A stretch of DNA of 64,000 nt from an uncultured Arthrobacter sp. (GTDB lineage: Bacteria; Actinomycetota; Actinomycetes; Actinomycetales; Micrococcaceae), in the NCBI RefSeq assembly GCF_947493765.1, contig NZ_CANLSZ010000004.1, positions 176,461 through 240,460 of the forward strand, given 5' to 3'. Positions within the stretch are counted from its first letter, which is position 1. Every line of letters begins with the position of its first letter. Both the position numbers and the translations under genes were made by a program. Below, one piece after another: positions 8,670 through 19,436 of this stretch. The notes beneath the pieces were generated by a model. That model had not been told where the DNA came from and ran no database searches. It worked only from the letters and a program-made list of their open reading frames with translations.

Positions 8670-10385
8670 GTGACCCATACCACTGACGACTCCGCCCTGC
8701 CCTCCGCTCCGGCCCGGCAGTCCACCGCCATCGACGCCGTCGCCACCTCGTACTACGAGACCCTGCTCCGGCTGCTGCCCGACTACGCCACCCAGCTGGG
8801 ACTGCCCGGCCACGAGACGGAGTACCGCGACTACTCCCCCACCGGGCTCGAGGCCCTCGCGGAGGCGGCACGCGAGACCCTCCTCCGCCTCGAGGACCTG
8901 ACACCGGCCGACGACGTCGACACCGTGACCCTCGACGCGATGCGGGAACGCCTGGGCCTCGACCTCGAGATCCACGGGGCGGGGCTCGACTACGCCGACC
9001 TGAACAACATCGCCTGCCCGGCCCAGAGCATCCGCGCCATCTTCGACCTCATGCCGACAGCCACTGCCGAGGACTGGAGCCACATCGCCGGACGCCTCGC
9101 GAACGTGCCCGCCGCGATCGACGGCTACATCTCCTCGCTGCGAGCGGGCCGCGAGCGCGGACGCGTCGCGGCCCGCCGCCAGGTGTCCATCGTGATGGAA
9201 CAGGCCGGCAAGTACGTGGAGGACGGCGGGTTCTTCGACTCCCTCGGCAGCACCACGGGCACGGACGACGGCGCCTTCCCCGAGTCGCTCACACAGCAGC
9301 TGCGGTCCGGGGCCGACGCCGCCCGGACCGCCTACCGCTCCCTCGCCACGTTCCTGGGCGAGGAGCTCCTGCCCGCCGCACCCGAGCAGGATGCCGTGGG
9401 GAGGGAGCACTACGCCCTCACGTCCCGCCTCTTCCTCGGCTCTGCCGTCGATCTCGAGGAGACCTACCGGTGGGGCGTCGAGGAACTCGACCGGGTCATC
9501 GCCGAGCAGGAGGCGGTCGCGGACGAGATCCGTCCGGGTGCCACGATCGAGGAGGCGATGGCTCTCCTCGACGCGGATCCCGCACGGCAACTGCACGGGA
9601 CCGAGGCCCTGCAGGGATGGATGCAGGAGCTCTCGGACACCGCGATCGATGCCATGGCCGGGATCCACTTCGACATCCCGGACGTGATGCGGCGCGTCGA
9701 GTGCCGGATCGCGCCGACCAGCGAGGGCGGCATCTACTACACGGGCCCGAGCGACGACTTCTCCCGGCCGGGCCGCATGTGGTGGTCCGTGCCGGAGGGC
9801 GAGGACTCCTTCACCACCTGGAAGGAGACCACCACCGTCTACCACGAGGGCGTCCCGGGGCACCACCTGCAGATCGCGACGGCGGTCTTCCAGCGCGCCC
9901 TGCTCAACCCCTGGCGCCGCAACGGCATCTGGGTCTCGGGACAGGGTGAGGGCTGGGCCCTGTACGCGGAGCGGCTCATGCAGGAGCTGGGCTTCCTCTC
10001 CGACCCGGGGGACCGCCTCGGCATGCTGGACGCCCAGCGCATGCGTGCGGCCCGCGTGGTCTTCGACATCGGGGTGCACCTCGAGCTCGAGGTCCCCGAG
10101 CGCTGGGGCACCGGGACCTGGACGGCGGAGAAGGGCTACGTGTTCCTGCAGCAGAATCTGGCCATCAGCGAGGGGCAGCTGGACTTCGAGTACACGCGCT
10201 ATCTCGGCTGGCCCGGGCAGGCCCCGGCCTACAAGATCGGGCAGCGGCTCTGGGAGCAGATCCGCGACGGGGTCAGGGCGGCCGAGGGCGAGGCCTTCGA
10301 CCTCCGCGCCTTCCACACGCGGGCCCTGAATCTCGGCTCGGTCGGCCTCGACACCCTGCGCCGGGCACTCGTACCGGCGACGTAG
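8670..10385 (+). CDS. DUF885-family protein (putative metallopeptidase-like)
   Basis: 571 aa, GTG start. HEGVPGHHLQ motif and overall DUF885-like sequence (YYTGPSDDFSRPG, GEGWALYAE). Confidence 0.8.
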   Translation: MTHTTDDSALPSAPARQSTAIDAVATSYYETLLRLLPDYATQLGLPGHETEYRDYSPTGLEALAEAARETLLRLEDLTPADDVDTVTLDAMRERLGLDLEIHGAGLDYADLNNIACPAQSIRAIFDLMPTATAEDWSHIAGRLANVPAAIDGYISSLRAGRERGRVAARRQVSIVMEQAGKYVEDGGFFDSLGSTTGTDDGAFPESLTQQLRSGADAARTAYRSLATFLGEELLPAAPEQDAVGREHYALTSRLFLGSAVDLEETYRWGVEELDRVIAEQEAVADEIRPGATIEEAMALLDADPARQLHGTEALQGWMQELSDTAIDAMAGIHFDIPDVMRRVECRIAPTSEGGIYYTGPSDDFSRPGRMWWSVPEGEDSFTTWKETTTVYHEGVPGHHLQIATAVFQRALLNPWRRNGIWVSGQGEGWALYAERLMQELGFLSDPGDRLGMLDAQRMRAARVVFDIGVHLELEVPERWGTGTWTAEKGYVFLQQNLAISEGQLDFEYTRYLGWPGQAPAYKIGQRLWEQIRDGVRAAEGEAFDLRAFHTRALNLGSVGLDTLRRALVPAT

Positions 10386-10393
10386 AGGTTCGT

Positions 10394-10429
10394 CACGGGT
10401 GGACGGGGAAAATTCTCCGTCCGCCCGTG
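10394..10429 (+). terminator. Stem-loop downstream of the DUF885 gene
   Basis: cacgggtggacgg (10394-10406) pairs with ccgtccgcccgtg (10417-10429), with one G-U pair and a 10-nt loop. It starts 9 nt after the stop codon. Confidence 0.55.
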
Positions 10430-10546
10430 TGCGCCGGTCCCCGCGCGGATCCGTCGCAGCACCCTCGACGACGTCCACGACCACGCCCGTAATATTTCGC
10501 AACCCCACCTTCGACCAGATGCGCACCGGCCCCTAGTGTTCTGGGC

Positions 10547-11956
10547 GTGTCTACCGAAACCAGCCCTTCCTCGACCCGGCGCAGGCTACCCCGCTGGGTC
10601 ACCTCCTTCGGACCGCAGATCATCGCTGCCCTCCTCGTCGGAGTGGCCCTGGGCCTGCTGGCGAAATACACCGGCCACACCGCGGAGGCGCCGAACGGTC
10701 TGGGCACAACCCTCGCCACGCTGGGTTCGAGCTATGTAGCCCTCCTGCGCACCGCCGTCGTGCCCCTGATCTTCACCGCCGTGGTCAGCTCCATCGCCAA
10801 TCTCCGCGCCGTCACCAACGCTGCGCGGCTCGCAGGCCGGACGCTGCTGTGGTTCGCCATCACAGCACTGATCGCCGTCGTCATCGGCATCGGACTCGGG
10901 CTGGTCTTCCAGCCCGGCGCCGGCACAGGAGCCGCTCAGCCCGACGAGTACACGGGCACCACCGGCAGCTGGTGGGCCTTCCTCACCGGGCTGATCCCCG
11001 CGAACGTCCTCGGCCTCCAGGCGTCCTCGACCGTCGCCGACACGGGCGCTGTCGCCACCTCGCTGAACTTCAATGTGCTGCAGGTGCTCGTGGTCGCCGC
11101 AGCGGTCGGGATCGCCGCACTCAAGGTGGGCCCACCGGCCGAGGCGTTCCTCGTCTTCAACGCCTCGGCCCTCGCCGTGATCCAGAAGGTCCTCTGGTGG
11201 ATCATCCGCATCGCACCGCTCGGCACCGTCGGTCTGATCGGCAATGCCGTGGCCGTGTACGGCTGGGACACCATCGGATCCCTCGGGAGGTTCACGCTGG
11301 CCATCTACGTGGGCCTCGCCCTCGTCCTGTTCGTGGTCTACCCCGTCCTCATCAAGGCCCATGGGCTGTCGGTCAGGCAGTACTTCTCCAGCGCCTGGCC
11401 CGCCATCCAGCTGGCCTTCGTCTCGCGGTCCTCCGTGGGCACCCTGCCACTCACCCAGCGCATCACGGAGCGCAATCTCGGCGTCCCCCGCGGGTACGCG
11501 TCGTTCGCCGTGCCCCTCGGAGCGACGACGAAGATGGACGGGTGCGCGGCCATCTACCCGGCCGTCGCCGCGATCTTCGTGGCACAGTTCTTCGGCATCG
11601 AGCTGGACCTCACGCAGTACCTGCTCATCGTGCTCGTCTCCGTGCTCGGGTCTGCGGCGACCGCCGGCACCACCGGCGCCGTCGTGATGCTCACCCTGAC
11701 CCTCTCCACCCTCGGTCTGCCCCTGGCCGGTGTGGGCCTGCTGCTGGCGGTCGACCCGATCCTCGACATGGGCCGCACGGCCGTGAACGTCGCCGGTCAG
11801 GCTCTCGTCCCCACGATCGTGGCCCGCCGCGAGGGGCTGCTGGATCTTGCGCTCTACAACGCCGAGCGGACGGGTGACCCGTTCGTCGACGACAGCAGCG
11901 CGACCGGACCCGTGGACGCCGTCCCGGGTGGACGCATGACCACTCCGGCCCGCTGA
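10547..11956 (+). CDS. Dicarboxylate/amino acid:cation symporter (DAACS family)
   Basis: 469 aa, GTG start, multi-pass membrane protein. DAACS-like segments SSVGTLPLT, GATTKMDGCAAIYPAV, DMGRTAVNVAGQ. Confidence 0.85.
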   Translation: MSTETSPSSTRRRLPRWVTSFGPQIIAALLVGVALGLLAKYTGHTAEAPNGLGTTLATLGSSYVALLRTAVVPLIFTAVVSSIANLRAVTNAARLAGRTLLWFAITALIAVVIGIGLGLVFQPGAGTGAAQPDEYTGTTGSWWAFLTGLIPANVLGLQASSTVADTGAVATSLNFNVLQVLVVAAAVGIAALKVGPPAEAFLVFNASALAVIQKVLWWIIRIAPLGTVGLIGNAVAVYGWDTIGSLGRFTLAIYVGLALVLFVVYPVLIKAHGLSVRQYFSSAWPAIQLAFVSRSSVGTLPLTQRITERNLGVPRGYASFAVPLGATTKMDGCAAIYPAVAAIFVAQFFGIELDLTQYLLIVLVSVLGSAATAGTTGAVVMLTLTLSTLGLPLAGVGLLLAVDPILDMGRTAVNVAGQALVPTIVARREGLLDLALYNAERTGDPFVDDSSATGPVDAVPGGRMTTPAR

Positions 11957-12091
11957 CCGGAACACAGCCTCCGCCCCACCGCATCACCCTCCGACGCTAA
12001 CGATTCGGCGCCGATCGCCGAACGGCGGCGCTTTCGTCTTGCGGCAGGCGCATCATAGTGGCACCTATCCAGTACGACAAGGTGGTGCGAC

Positions 12092-12652
12092 ATGAACCAA
12101 ACGCGCCTGACGGGGAAACTCTCCGCCACTCTCGCCGCCGTCGCCCTCACTGCAGGCCTCGGCCTCGCAGGGGCGCCCCCGGCATCCGCCGCCTACTGCG
12201 GCATCACGTGGGGATCGACCGTCAAGGCCGCCCCCAGCTACTCCTCCGCCCCGATCACCGACGTCCGGTCCGGCCGCCACGGCTGCTTCGACCGCATGGT
12301 CATCGATGCCCGTGGCCCCGTCTCCGGGTACCACGTGGCCTACGTGAACCAGGTGACCCGGCCCGGGTCGGGTTCCGCGGTCCCGCTGCGCGGCGGTGCG
12401 CGTCTGTCCGTGACGGTCAAGGCGCCGATCTATGACGGTTCGGGCAGGGCGACCTACTCCCCGTCCACCCCGAGCGAACTCGTCGACACCGCCGGATACT
12501 CGACGTTCCGGCAGGTGGCACTCGCGGGGAGCTTCGAGGGACAGACCACCATCGGCCTGGGCGTCCGCGGGCGGCTTCCCGTCCGCGTCTTCGTCCTGCC
12601 CGGCCCCGGCAACGGGTCGAGGGTGGTGATCGACGTCGCCCACTACTGGTGA
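12092..12652 (+). CDS. Secreted protein of unknown function (AMIN-like domain family)
   Basis: Signal peptide MNQTRLTGKLSATLAAVALTAGLGLAGAPPASA followed by AYCGITWGS, a pattern I recall from actinobacterial AMIN-like (lipo)proteins. No catalytic motif seen. Confidence 0.6.
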   Translation: MNQTRLTGKLSATLAAVALTAGLGLAGAPPASAAYCGITWGSTVKAAPSYSSAPITDVRSGRHGCFDRMVIDARGPVSGYHVAYVNQVTRPGSGSAVPLRGGARLSVTVKAPIYDGSGRATYSPSTPSELVDTAGYSTFRQVALAGSFEGQTTIGLGVRGRLPVRVFVLPGPGNGSRVVIDVAHYW

Positions 12653-12781
12653 CGGAGCCGTGCCCGGTCCCGTCCTGACGGGATCGGGCACGCCCCCGCA
12701 CGCTCGGACACCGGGGGACGCCGAGAGACGCCGAGGGACGCCGGAACATCGAGGCGTGCTCACTGCGCCTACGCTTGGTCC

Positions 12782-13414
12782 ATGACGGCCCGCCTGATCC
12801 TCGCCTCCAAGTCCCCGGCCCGCACCAGACTCCTCACGGAGGCGGGGATCCGCCATGACGTGGTGGTGTCCGCGGTGGACGAACCGGCCGTCGTCGCCTC
12901 CTACGGTGCGATCGACCCGCACGAGACCTCCCTGCTCCTGGCACGGGCGAAGGCGGAGGCCGTCGCGGCGCTCGACGACGCCGGGGACGGACTCGTGATC
13001 GGGTGCGACTCCGTCTTCGAGTTCGACGGCGAAGCCCACGGAAAGCCCTACGATCCCGCGGTCGCGATCGAGCGGATCACCCGGATGCAGGGCCGCTCGG
13101 GCATCCTCCACACGGGTCACTGGCTCATCGACACACGTCGGGGCGGAACCGGCGGCACCCTCGGAGCGGTGGCGTCCGCGCGCGTGACCTTCGCGAGGAT
13201 GACCGCCGCCGAGATCGGCGCGTACGTCGCCACCGGCGAACCCCTGCACTGCGCGGGGTCGTTCACCATCGACGGTCTGGGAGGAGCCTTCGTCGAGCGC
13301 GTGGACGGTGACCCGCACGCCGTCGTCGGCCTGAGCATCTCCACCCTGCGAGGTCTGCTGGGCTCCCTCGGCGTCCCGATCACCGAGCTCTGGTCCCCCG
13401 TCGTTCCGTTGTAG
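12782..13414 (+). CDS. maf: Maf-like nucleoside triphosphate pyrophosphatase
   Basis: 210 aa. [42 protein letters not shown]. Its position between accE and accA matches mycobacterial synteny. Confidence 0.88.
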   Translation: MTARLILASKSPARTRLLTEAGIRHDVVVSAVDEPAVVASYGAIDPHETSLLLARAKAEAVAALDDAGDGLVIGCDSVFEFDGEAHGKPYDPAVAIERITRMQGRSGILHTGHWLIDTRRGGTGGTLGAVASARVTFARMTAAEIGAYVATGEPLHCAGSFTIDGLGGAFVERVDGDPHAVVGLSISTLRGLLGSLGVPITELWSPVVPL

Positions 13415-13431
13415 CTTCCCTACAACGGAAC
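13403..13431 (+). terminator. Perfect 12-bp stem-loop overlapping the maf stop codon
   Basis: gttccgttgtag (13403-13414) / ctacaacggaac (13420-13431), 5-nt loop. No U-tract. Confidence 0.5.
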
Positions 13432-13521
13432 AGCACCAGACACTTCCATGGAGCACGATCCCTGGGTGGAACCGACAAAATCGGTCTAGGCTCCCAACGG
13501 AGAAGAAGGAGTCCCCGCCCC

Positions 13522-15345
13522 ATGAGCCAAGCCCCTCCCACCCCATCCGGACCACCTGCCGAGACCGGAAGCACGCCGCACCACCCGGTGACGAAGGTCC
13601 TCGTCGCGAACCGCGGGGAGATCGCGGTCCGCGTCATCCGGGCCGCCCGGGACGAGGGGATCACCTCCGTCGCCGTGTACGCGGACCCGGATCGCGATGC
13701 CCTGCACGTCCGTATGGCCGACGAGGCCTTCGCGCTCGGAGGGAACACCGCGGCCGAGTCGTACCTGGTCATGGACAGGATCCTCCAGGCCGCCCGGCAC
13801 AGCGGCGCCGACGCCATCCATCCCGGCTACGGCTTCCTGTCCGAGAACGCCGACTTCGCCCAGCGTGTCATCGACGCCGGCCTCACCTGGATCGGCCCCT
13901 CCCCCGAGGCCATCGCGCAGCTGGGCGACAAGGTCCGCGCGCGGCACATCGCCGCCCGCGTCGGCGCACCCCTCGTACCGGGTACCCAGGATCCCGTCTC
14001 CTCGGCCGCGGAGGTGATCGGCTTCGCGGAGGAGTTCGGCCTGCCCATCGCCATCAAGGCAGCCTTCGGCGGGGGCGGTCGCGGGATCAAGGTGGTGCGC
14101 AGGATCGAGGACATCCCGGAGATGTTCGAGTCCGCGGTCCGCGAGGCGACGGCGGCCTTCGGCCACGGCGAGTGCTTCGTGGAGCGGTTCCTCGACGCAC
14201 CGCGCCACGTGGAGACGCAATGCCTGGCGGACGCCCACGGCAGTGTGGTCGTGGTCTCGACGAGGGACTGCTCCCTCCAGCGCCGCAATCAGAAGCTCGT
14301 CGAGGAGGCCCCGGCACCGTTCCTCACGGACGAGCAGAACGAGCGGCTGTACGAGTCGTCGAAGGCCATCCTCCGCGAAGCCGGGTACCAGGGCGCGGGG
14401 ACCTGCGAGTTCCTCGTGGGTGAGGACGGCACCATCTCGTTCCTGGAGGTCAACACCCGCCTGCAGGTGGAGCACCCGGTGTCCGAGGAGGTCACGGGAC
14501 TCGACCTCGTCCGCGAACAGTTCAGGATCGCCCGCGGCGAGGAGCTCGGCTACGGGGATCCCGCCGTCCGCGGCCACTCGTTCGAGTTCCGCATCAACGG
14601 GGAGGACGCCGGTCGCGGCTTCCTCCCGACCCCCGGAACGGTGCGGACGCTCCAGCTGCCCACGGGCCCCGGCGTCCGTGTCGACTCCGGGATCGAGGCC
14701 GGCGAGGTGATCGGCGGCAACTTCGACTCGCTGCTCGCCAAGCTGATCGTGACGGGCTCCACGAGGGAGCACGCACTCGAGCGTGCACGGCGGGCGCTGT
14801 CCGAGCTGATCATCGAGGGGATGCCCACCGTGGTGCCCTTCCACACCGCCGTCGTCGTCGATCCGGCCTTCGCCCCCGCCTCCGGAGCGTTCGCGGTCCA
14901 CACCCGCTGGATCGAGACGGAGTTCGACAATTCCATCGAGCCGTGGAAGGGCCCCGGCGAGGCCTCCGCGGAACCGGGGCCGCGGCAGACCATCACGGTG
15001 GAAGTGGGCGGCCGCCGCCTCGAGGTCTCACTGCCGGCCGGACTGGGTGCGTCGGCGAACGGCAAGAACGGCAATGGCCAGAAGTCGAAGAAGTCCCCGC
15101 GGGCCCGGGCGGGGAGGGCTGCCGGCGGTGGCGACGAGCTCACCTCGCCGATGCAGGGCACCATCGTGAAGGTCGCGGCGGCCGAGGGTGACGTGGTGTC
15201 CGAGGGCGACCTCGTGGTGGTCCTGGAGGCCATGAAGATGGAGCAGCCCCTCACCGCGCACAAGGCGGGCACCCTGACCGGACTGACGGCTGCTCCCGGG
15301 GACACCGTCTCCGCCGGCGCCGTGATCGCCACGATCAGGGACTGA
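13522..15345 (+). CDS. accA3: Acetyl/propionyl-CoA carboxylase alpha subunit (biotin carboxylase + BCCP)
   Basis: 607 aa. [20 protein letters not shown]-grasp core, and the C-terminal biotinylation motif [10 protein letters not shown]. Confidence 0.93.
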   Translation: MSQAPPTPSGPPAETGSTPHHPVTKVLVANRGEIAVRVIRAARDEGITSVAVYADPDRDALHVRMADEAFALGGNTAAESYLVMDRILQAARHSGADAIHPGYGFLSENADFAQRVIDAGLTWIGPSPEAIAQLGDKVRARHIAARVGAPLVPGTQDPVSSAAEVIGFAEEFGLPIAIKAAFGGGGRGIKVVRRIEDIPEMFESAVREATAAFGHGECFVERFLDAPRHVETQCLADAHGSVVVVSTRDCSLQRRNQKLVEEAPAPFLTDEQNERLYESSKAILREAGYQGAGTCEFLVGEDGTISFLEVNTRLQVEHPVSEEVTGLDLVREQFRIARGEELGYGDPAVRGHSFEFRINGEDAGRGFLPTPGTVRTLQLPTGPGVRVDSGIEAGEVIGGNFDSLLAKLIVTGSTREHALERARRALSELIIEGMPTVVPFHTAVVVDPAFAPASGAFAVHTRWIETEFDNSIEPWKGPGEASAEPGPRQTITVEVGGRRLEVSLPAGLGASANGKNGNGQKSKKSPRARAGRAAGGGDELTSPMQGTIVKVAAAEGDVVSEGDLVVVLEAMKMEQPLTAHKAGTLTGLTAAPGDTVSAGAVIATIRD

Positions 15346-15419
15346 CGACGCCGGGACGCAGGACCCGAGGAGGGGCACCTGACTGCCGGGACCTGAGTAC
15401 GGGGTTCTGAATACGGGGA

Positions 15420-15458
15420 CCGACCGCTGCCGCCGGGGACACCCCGTGGCAGCGGTCG
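15420..15458. terminator. Bidirectional stem-loop between convergent accA3 and the MFS gene
   Basis: ccgaccgctgcc (15420-15431) / ggcagcggtcgg (15447-15458). An inner gggg-aca-cccc stem sits within the loop. Confidence 0.55.
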
Positions 15459-15465
15459 GACCGGC

Positions 15466-16878
15466 TCAGGAGACGTTGTTCTCGTAGTCGTGGTCGCGGG
15501 TCTCGCGGGACAGGAACAGGGCGACGAACGTGGCGACGGCCGCGACGCTCAGATAGACCCCCACCAGGACGGTGCTGCCGCCGGCTGCCTGCCACAGCGC
15601 CACGGCGATGAAGGAGGCCGGGGCGGCGCCGATCATGCTCGAGACGTTGTACGCCACGGCCGAGCCGGTGTACCGCACATTGGCCGGGAAGAGCTCGGGG
15701 AGCACCGCGGCCATGGGGCCGAAGGTCAGGCCCATGAGGATGAACCCGATGATCAGCAGCGCCATGGCTCCGACGGTCCCCGCGCCGAAGAGCGGCGCCC
15801 AGAGGAGCCCGAAGATCCCGATACCCACCGTGGTGGCGAGGAGCATCCGGCGCCGCCCGAAGCGCTCGGCCAGCGGACCGGACACCAGCGTGAAGATCCC
15901 GAAGAAGACGACGCCGATGATGAGCATCCACAGGAAGTCGGGGCGGCTCATGCCCAGGCCCGGCACGAAACTGTCGATCTGCTCCTGGCCGAAGGCCTTG
16001 CCCGCGGCATCCGCCCGCTCCCTGGCCTGCTCCACGGTGGCGGGAGCCGTGCCGTACGTCAGCGTGAAGGCCGTCATGAAGTAGAAGAGCACGTAGGTCG
16101 CGAACATGATGAACGTCCCGAGGAGCAGTGGACGCCAGTGGCGGCTGAACACCGTGCCGAGGGGGAGCTTGACCACCCTGCCCGTCGTCTGCACCTTCTG
16201 GAAGGAGGCGCTCTCGATGAGCTTGAGCCGCACATACAGCCCCACGATCACCATGACGGCGCTGAGCAGGAACGGCACGCGCCAGCCCCACTGCAGGAAT
16301 TCCTCCGGGGTCAGGAGGGTGCTCAGGAGCACGAACAGCAGATTCGCGAGGATGAAGCCGATCGGTGCGCCGAGCTGCGGGAAGGTCCCGAAGATGGCAC
16401 GTTTGCCCTCCGGGGCGTTCTCCGTGGCCAGCAGCGCGGCCCCGCTCCACTCGCCGCCGAGGGCCAGGCCCTGCAGGAACCGCAGCACCACCAGGAGGAA
16501 CGGCGCCCAGAACACCCAGCCCGCTCCTTCAGCGGTGGGCAGCACCCCGATGAGGAACGTGGCCACGCCCATGGTCAGCAGCGACGCCACGAGGGTGGCC
16601 TTCCTGCCGATCCGGTCCCCGAAATGGCCGAACAGGACGGACCCGAGCGGCCTGGCCACGAAGGCCACCCCGAAGACGGCGAAGGAGGCCAGGAGCTGAT
16701 TGGCCGAGGTCTGGTTGGGGAAGAAGAGGGTGGGGAACACCAATACCGCGGCGGTGGCGTAGATGTAGAAGTCGTAGAACTCGATGGTCGTGCCGATGAG
16801 GCTGGCGAAGATCACCCGGCCCCGTGAGTTCAGGGGTGCGGTGGTCCCGGTGGAACCGGCGGAGGTCGAAGGCGTCAT
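15466..16878 (-). CDS. MFS transporter (metabolite:H+ symporter-like)
   Basis: ORF 15466..17004(-), start set to ATG 16878 (MTPSTSAGS). 12-TM-type hydrophobic profile. MFS motif GHFGDRIGRK and AERFGRRRM. Confidence 0.85.
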   Translation of the reverse strand: MTPSTSAGSTGTTAPLNSRGRVIFASLIGTTIEFYDFYIYATAAVLVFPTLFFPNQTSANQLLASFAVFGVAFVARPLGSVLFGHFGDRIGRKATLVASLLTMGVATFLIGVLPTAEGAGWVFWAPFLLVVLRFLQGLALGGEWSGAALLATENAPEGKRAIFGTFPQLGAPIGFILANLLFVLLSTLLTPEEFLQWGWRVPFLLSAVMVIVGLYVRLKLIESASFQKVQTTGRVVKLPLGTVFSRHWRPLLLGTFIMFATYVLFYFMTAFTLTYGTAPATVEQARERADAAGKAFGQEQIDSFVPGLGMSRPDFLWMLIIGVVFFGIFTLVSGPLAERFGRRRMLLATTVGIGIFGLLWAPLFGAGTVGAMALLIIGFILMGLTFGPMAAVLPELFPANVRYTGSAVAYNVSSMIGAAPASFIAVALWQAAGGSTVLVGVYLSVAAVATFVALFLSRETRDHDYENNVS

Positions 16879-17040
16879 GTGGGACTCTCTGTGGTGGGGC
16901 GCCGGGTCGGCAGCCCACCCGGGCCGCCGGGCCCCGGGCGCCGGTGCAGCGAATATCACGCCCATCCGATCATCCGCGTCCATCATGTGGATAGCTGTGT
17001 CCACACTCCGGACAATCGTCGGCTGCCCGGCCGGGTCCCG

Positions 17041-18459
17041 CTAGAGGTGCACGTGAAGCCGGCGCGCCGCCTCCGAGATGGACCCCGTGAGCGAGGGGTA
17101 CACGGTGAAGGTATTGGCCACGTCGTCCACGTGGAGCTTCTTCGTCACGGCGAGCGCGAGGGGGAAGATGAGCTCCGACGCCCGTGGCCCCACGACCACA
17201 CCGCCGATGACCGTGCCCGAGCCCTTGCGGGAGATGACCTTCACGAAGCCGTCCTTGACGTTCATCATCTTCGCCCGCGCATTGGTGTGCAGGGAGAGCT
17301 TGACCACGTCGCCCTGGAACAGGCCCGATTCGAGATCCTCCTCCGTCACTCCCACCGTGGCGATCTCCGGTGAGGTGAAGATGTTCGAGGCCACCTGCTT
17401 GAGCTTGATCGGGGTCACCGAGTCGCCCATGAGGTGGGCGATGGCGATCCTGCCCTGCATCGCGGCGACGGACGCGAGGGCCAGGACCCCCGTGCAGTCG
17501 CCTGCCGCGTAGATGTTCGAGGCCGTGGTGCGCGAGACGCCGTCCACCTGGATGTGCCCCGACTCGCTCAGTTCGACCCCGGCTTCCTCGAGACCGATCC
17601 CGGCCGTGCGCGGAACGGCTCCGACCGCCACGAGGCAGTGGCTGCCCTCCACGCTGCGACCGTCGGCCAGCCGGACGATCACGCCGTCGTCGGTGCGCTC
17701 GACGGCGCTGGCCCTGGAGCGGGACAGGACGGTCATGCCGCGGTCCGTGAAGACGCCCTCGAGGACCTCCGCCGCGTCCGCGTCCTCGCCCGGGAGCACG
17801 CGGTCGCGGCTGGAGACCAGGGTGACCTTCGAGCCGAGGCCGTTGTAGGCGCTGGCGAACTCCGCACCGGTGACGCCGGAGCCGACCACGATCAGGTGCT
17901 CGGGGATCTCGCGCAGATTGTAGAGCTGCGTCCAGTTGAAGATGCGTTCGCCGTCGGGCACGGCGCTCGGCAGCTCGCGCGGCGTGGCGCCGACGGCGAG
18001 CAGGACGGCGTCGGCCTCGACGATGCTGGTCCCCCCGTCCGCCTCCACCTCCACCCGGAGCTCGTCGAGCAGCTTCCCGCTGCCGATGATCACGCGGACG
18101 CCGAGGCGCTCGAGGGTGGCCCGGATGTCCGAGGACTGCTCCATCGCCAGTTTCAGCAGGCGCTGGTTGACCTTGTCCAGGTCCGCGAAGACCGAGCTGT
18201 CGGCGGAGAACCGCACACCGAGGCCGCTCGCGTCCGTGAAGCGCGTCATGGTGTCCGCCGTGGCGATGAGGGTCTTCGACGGGACCACGTCGGTCAGGAC
18301 CGCGGAACCGCCGAGTCCCTGGCGCTCCACGATCGTGACCTTCGCGCCGAGCGATGCGGCGACCATGGCGGCCTCGTAACCCCCGGGCCCCCCACCCAGG
18401 ACGGTGAGGCGCAGTGAGCTGAGATCGAGTTGATTAGGCACGCCCCGATTATCGCGCAT
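17041..18459 (-). CDS. Pyridine nucleotide-disulfide flavoprotein, LpdA-like NAD(P)H-quinone dehydrogenase
   Basis: ORF 17041..18789(-), start set to ATG 18459 (GTG 18441 also possible). FAD motif VLGGGPGGYEAAMVAA, NAD motif VVGSGVTGAEFA, AAGDCTG, and a C-terminal dimerisation domain. Confidence 0.85.
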   Translation of the reverse strand: MRDNRGVPNQLDLSSLRLTVLGGGPGGYEAAMVAASLGAKVTIVERQGLGGSAVLTDVVPSKTLIATADTMTRFTDASGLGVRFSADSSVFADLDKVNQRLLKLAMEQSSDIRATLERLGVRVIIGSGKLLDELRVEVEADGGTSIVEADAVLLAVGATPRELPSAVPDGERIFNWTQLYNLREIPEHLIVVGSGVTGAEFASAYNGLGSKVTLVSSRDRVLPGEDADAAEVLEGVFTDRGMTVLSRSRASAVERTDDGVIVRLADGRSVEGSHCLVAVGAVPRTAGIGLEEAGVELSESGHIQVDGVSRTTASNIYAAGDCTGVLALASVAAMQGRIAIAHLMGDSVTPIKLKQVASNIFTSPEIATVGVTEEDLESGLFQGDVVKLSLHTNARAKMMNVKDGFVKVISRKGSGTVIGGVVVGPRASELIFPLALAVTKKLHVDDVANTFTVYPSLTGSISEAARRLHVHL

Positions 18460-18568
18460 GCCACCGACAGGCCGAAACGAGGCTTCGGGCGGACCCTTCG
18501 ACGTGCCCCCGCGCCGTGCCCCCACGCCGTGCCCCGCGCCCGGACCGCACAGGAGGTACGTTGGTGCG

Positions 18569-19369
18569 GTGACCTCAGAACCTTTCGAGCTGGCGCGTAA
18601 CGCCGCTGCCCACATCGCCCGTGCCACCGGGATCGACCACCACGACACCGCGCTCGTCCTCGGCTCCGGCTGGGGCGAGGCCGCGGAGCTGATCGGCGAG
18701 ACCACCCACACCCTCGACGCAGCGGACATCCCGGGCTTCTCCGCCCCCGCCGTCGTGGGACACACGGGAACCGTCCGCTCCATCCTCACGCCGGGCGGGT
18801 CCCGGGCCCTGGTACTGGGGGCCAGGACCCACTTCTACGAGGGCAAGGGCGTCCGGTCGGTGGTGCACGGCGTGCGGACCGCCGCCGCGACCGGCGCGAC
18901 CACGATGATCCTCACCAACGGCTGCGGCGGTCTGCAGGAGCACTGGCAGCCCGGGACCCCCGTGCTGATCAGCGACCACATCAATCTGACCGCCGCCTCC
19001 CCCCTCGAGGGCGCCACCTTCGTGGATCTGACCGATCTCTACTCCGCCCGGCTGCGTGAGGTGGCCCGGCGGGTGGATCCCACGCTGGAGGAGGGCGTCT
19101 ACGCCCAGTTCACCGGCCCGCACTACGAGACTCCGGCCGAGGTCCGGTACGCCCAGCGGATCGGGGCCGACCTGGTGGGGATGTCCACCGCGCTGGAGGC
19201 CATCGCCGCCCGCCACGCCGGGATGGAGGTCTTCGGCATCTCGCTGGTGACGAACCTGGCGGCCGGCATCAGCCCGGCCCCCCTCAGCCACGCCGAGGTC
19301 ATCGAGGCCGGCGCACAGGCCGGGCCGCGGATCTCCCGCCTGCTGGCCGACATCGTCGGCTCGCTCTGA
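18569..19369 (+). CDS. punA: Purine nucleoside phosphorylase (trimeric PunA type)
   Basis: ORF 18458..19369(+). GTG 18569 lies 12 nt after AGGAGG (18551-18556). Motifs VLGSGWG, VVGHTG, TNGCGGL, LVGMSTALEAIAARHAGMEVFGISLVTNLAAG. Confidence 0.9.
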   Translation: MTSEPFELARNAAAHIARATGIDHHDTALVLGSGWGEAAELIGETTHTLDAADIPGFSAPAVVGHTGTVRSILTPGGSRALVLGARTHFYEGKGVRSVVHGVRTAAATGATTMILTNGCGGLQEHWQPGTPVLISDHINLTAASPLEGATFVDLTDLYSARLREVARRVDPTLEEGVYAQFTGPHYETPAEVRYAQRIGADLVGMSTALEAIAARHAGMEVFGISLVTNLAAGISPAPLSHAEVIEAGAQAGPRISRLLADIVGSL

Positions 19370-19436
19370 CCACCCGGCTCCGCACACCCCTATCCGTCGC
19401 CGCTCCGGCCACCGTCGCCCACCGAGAGGGACCAGC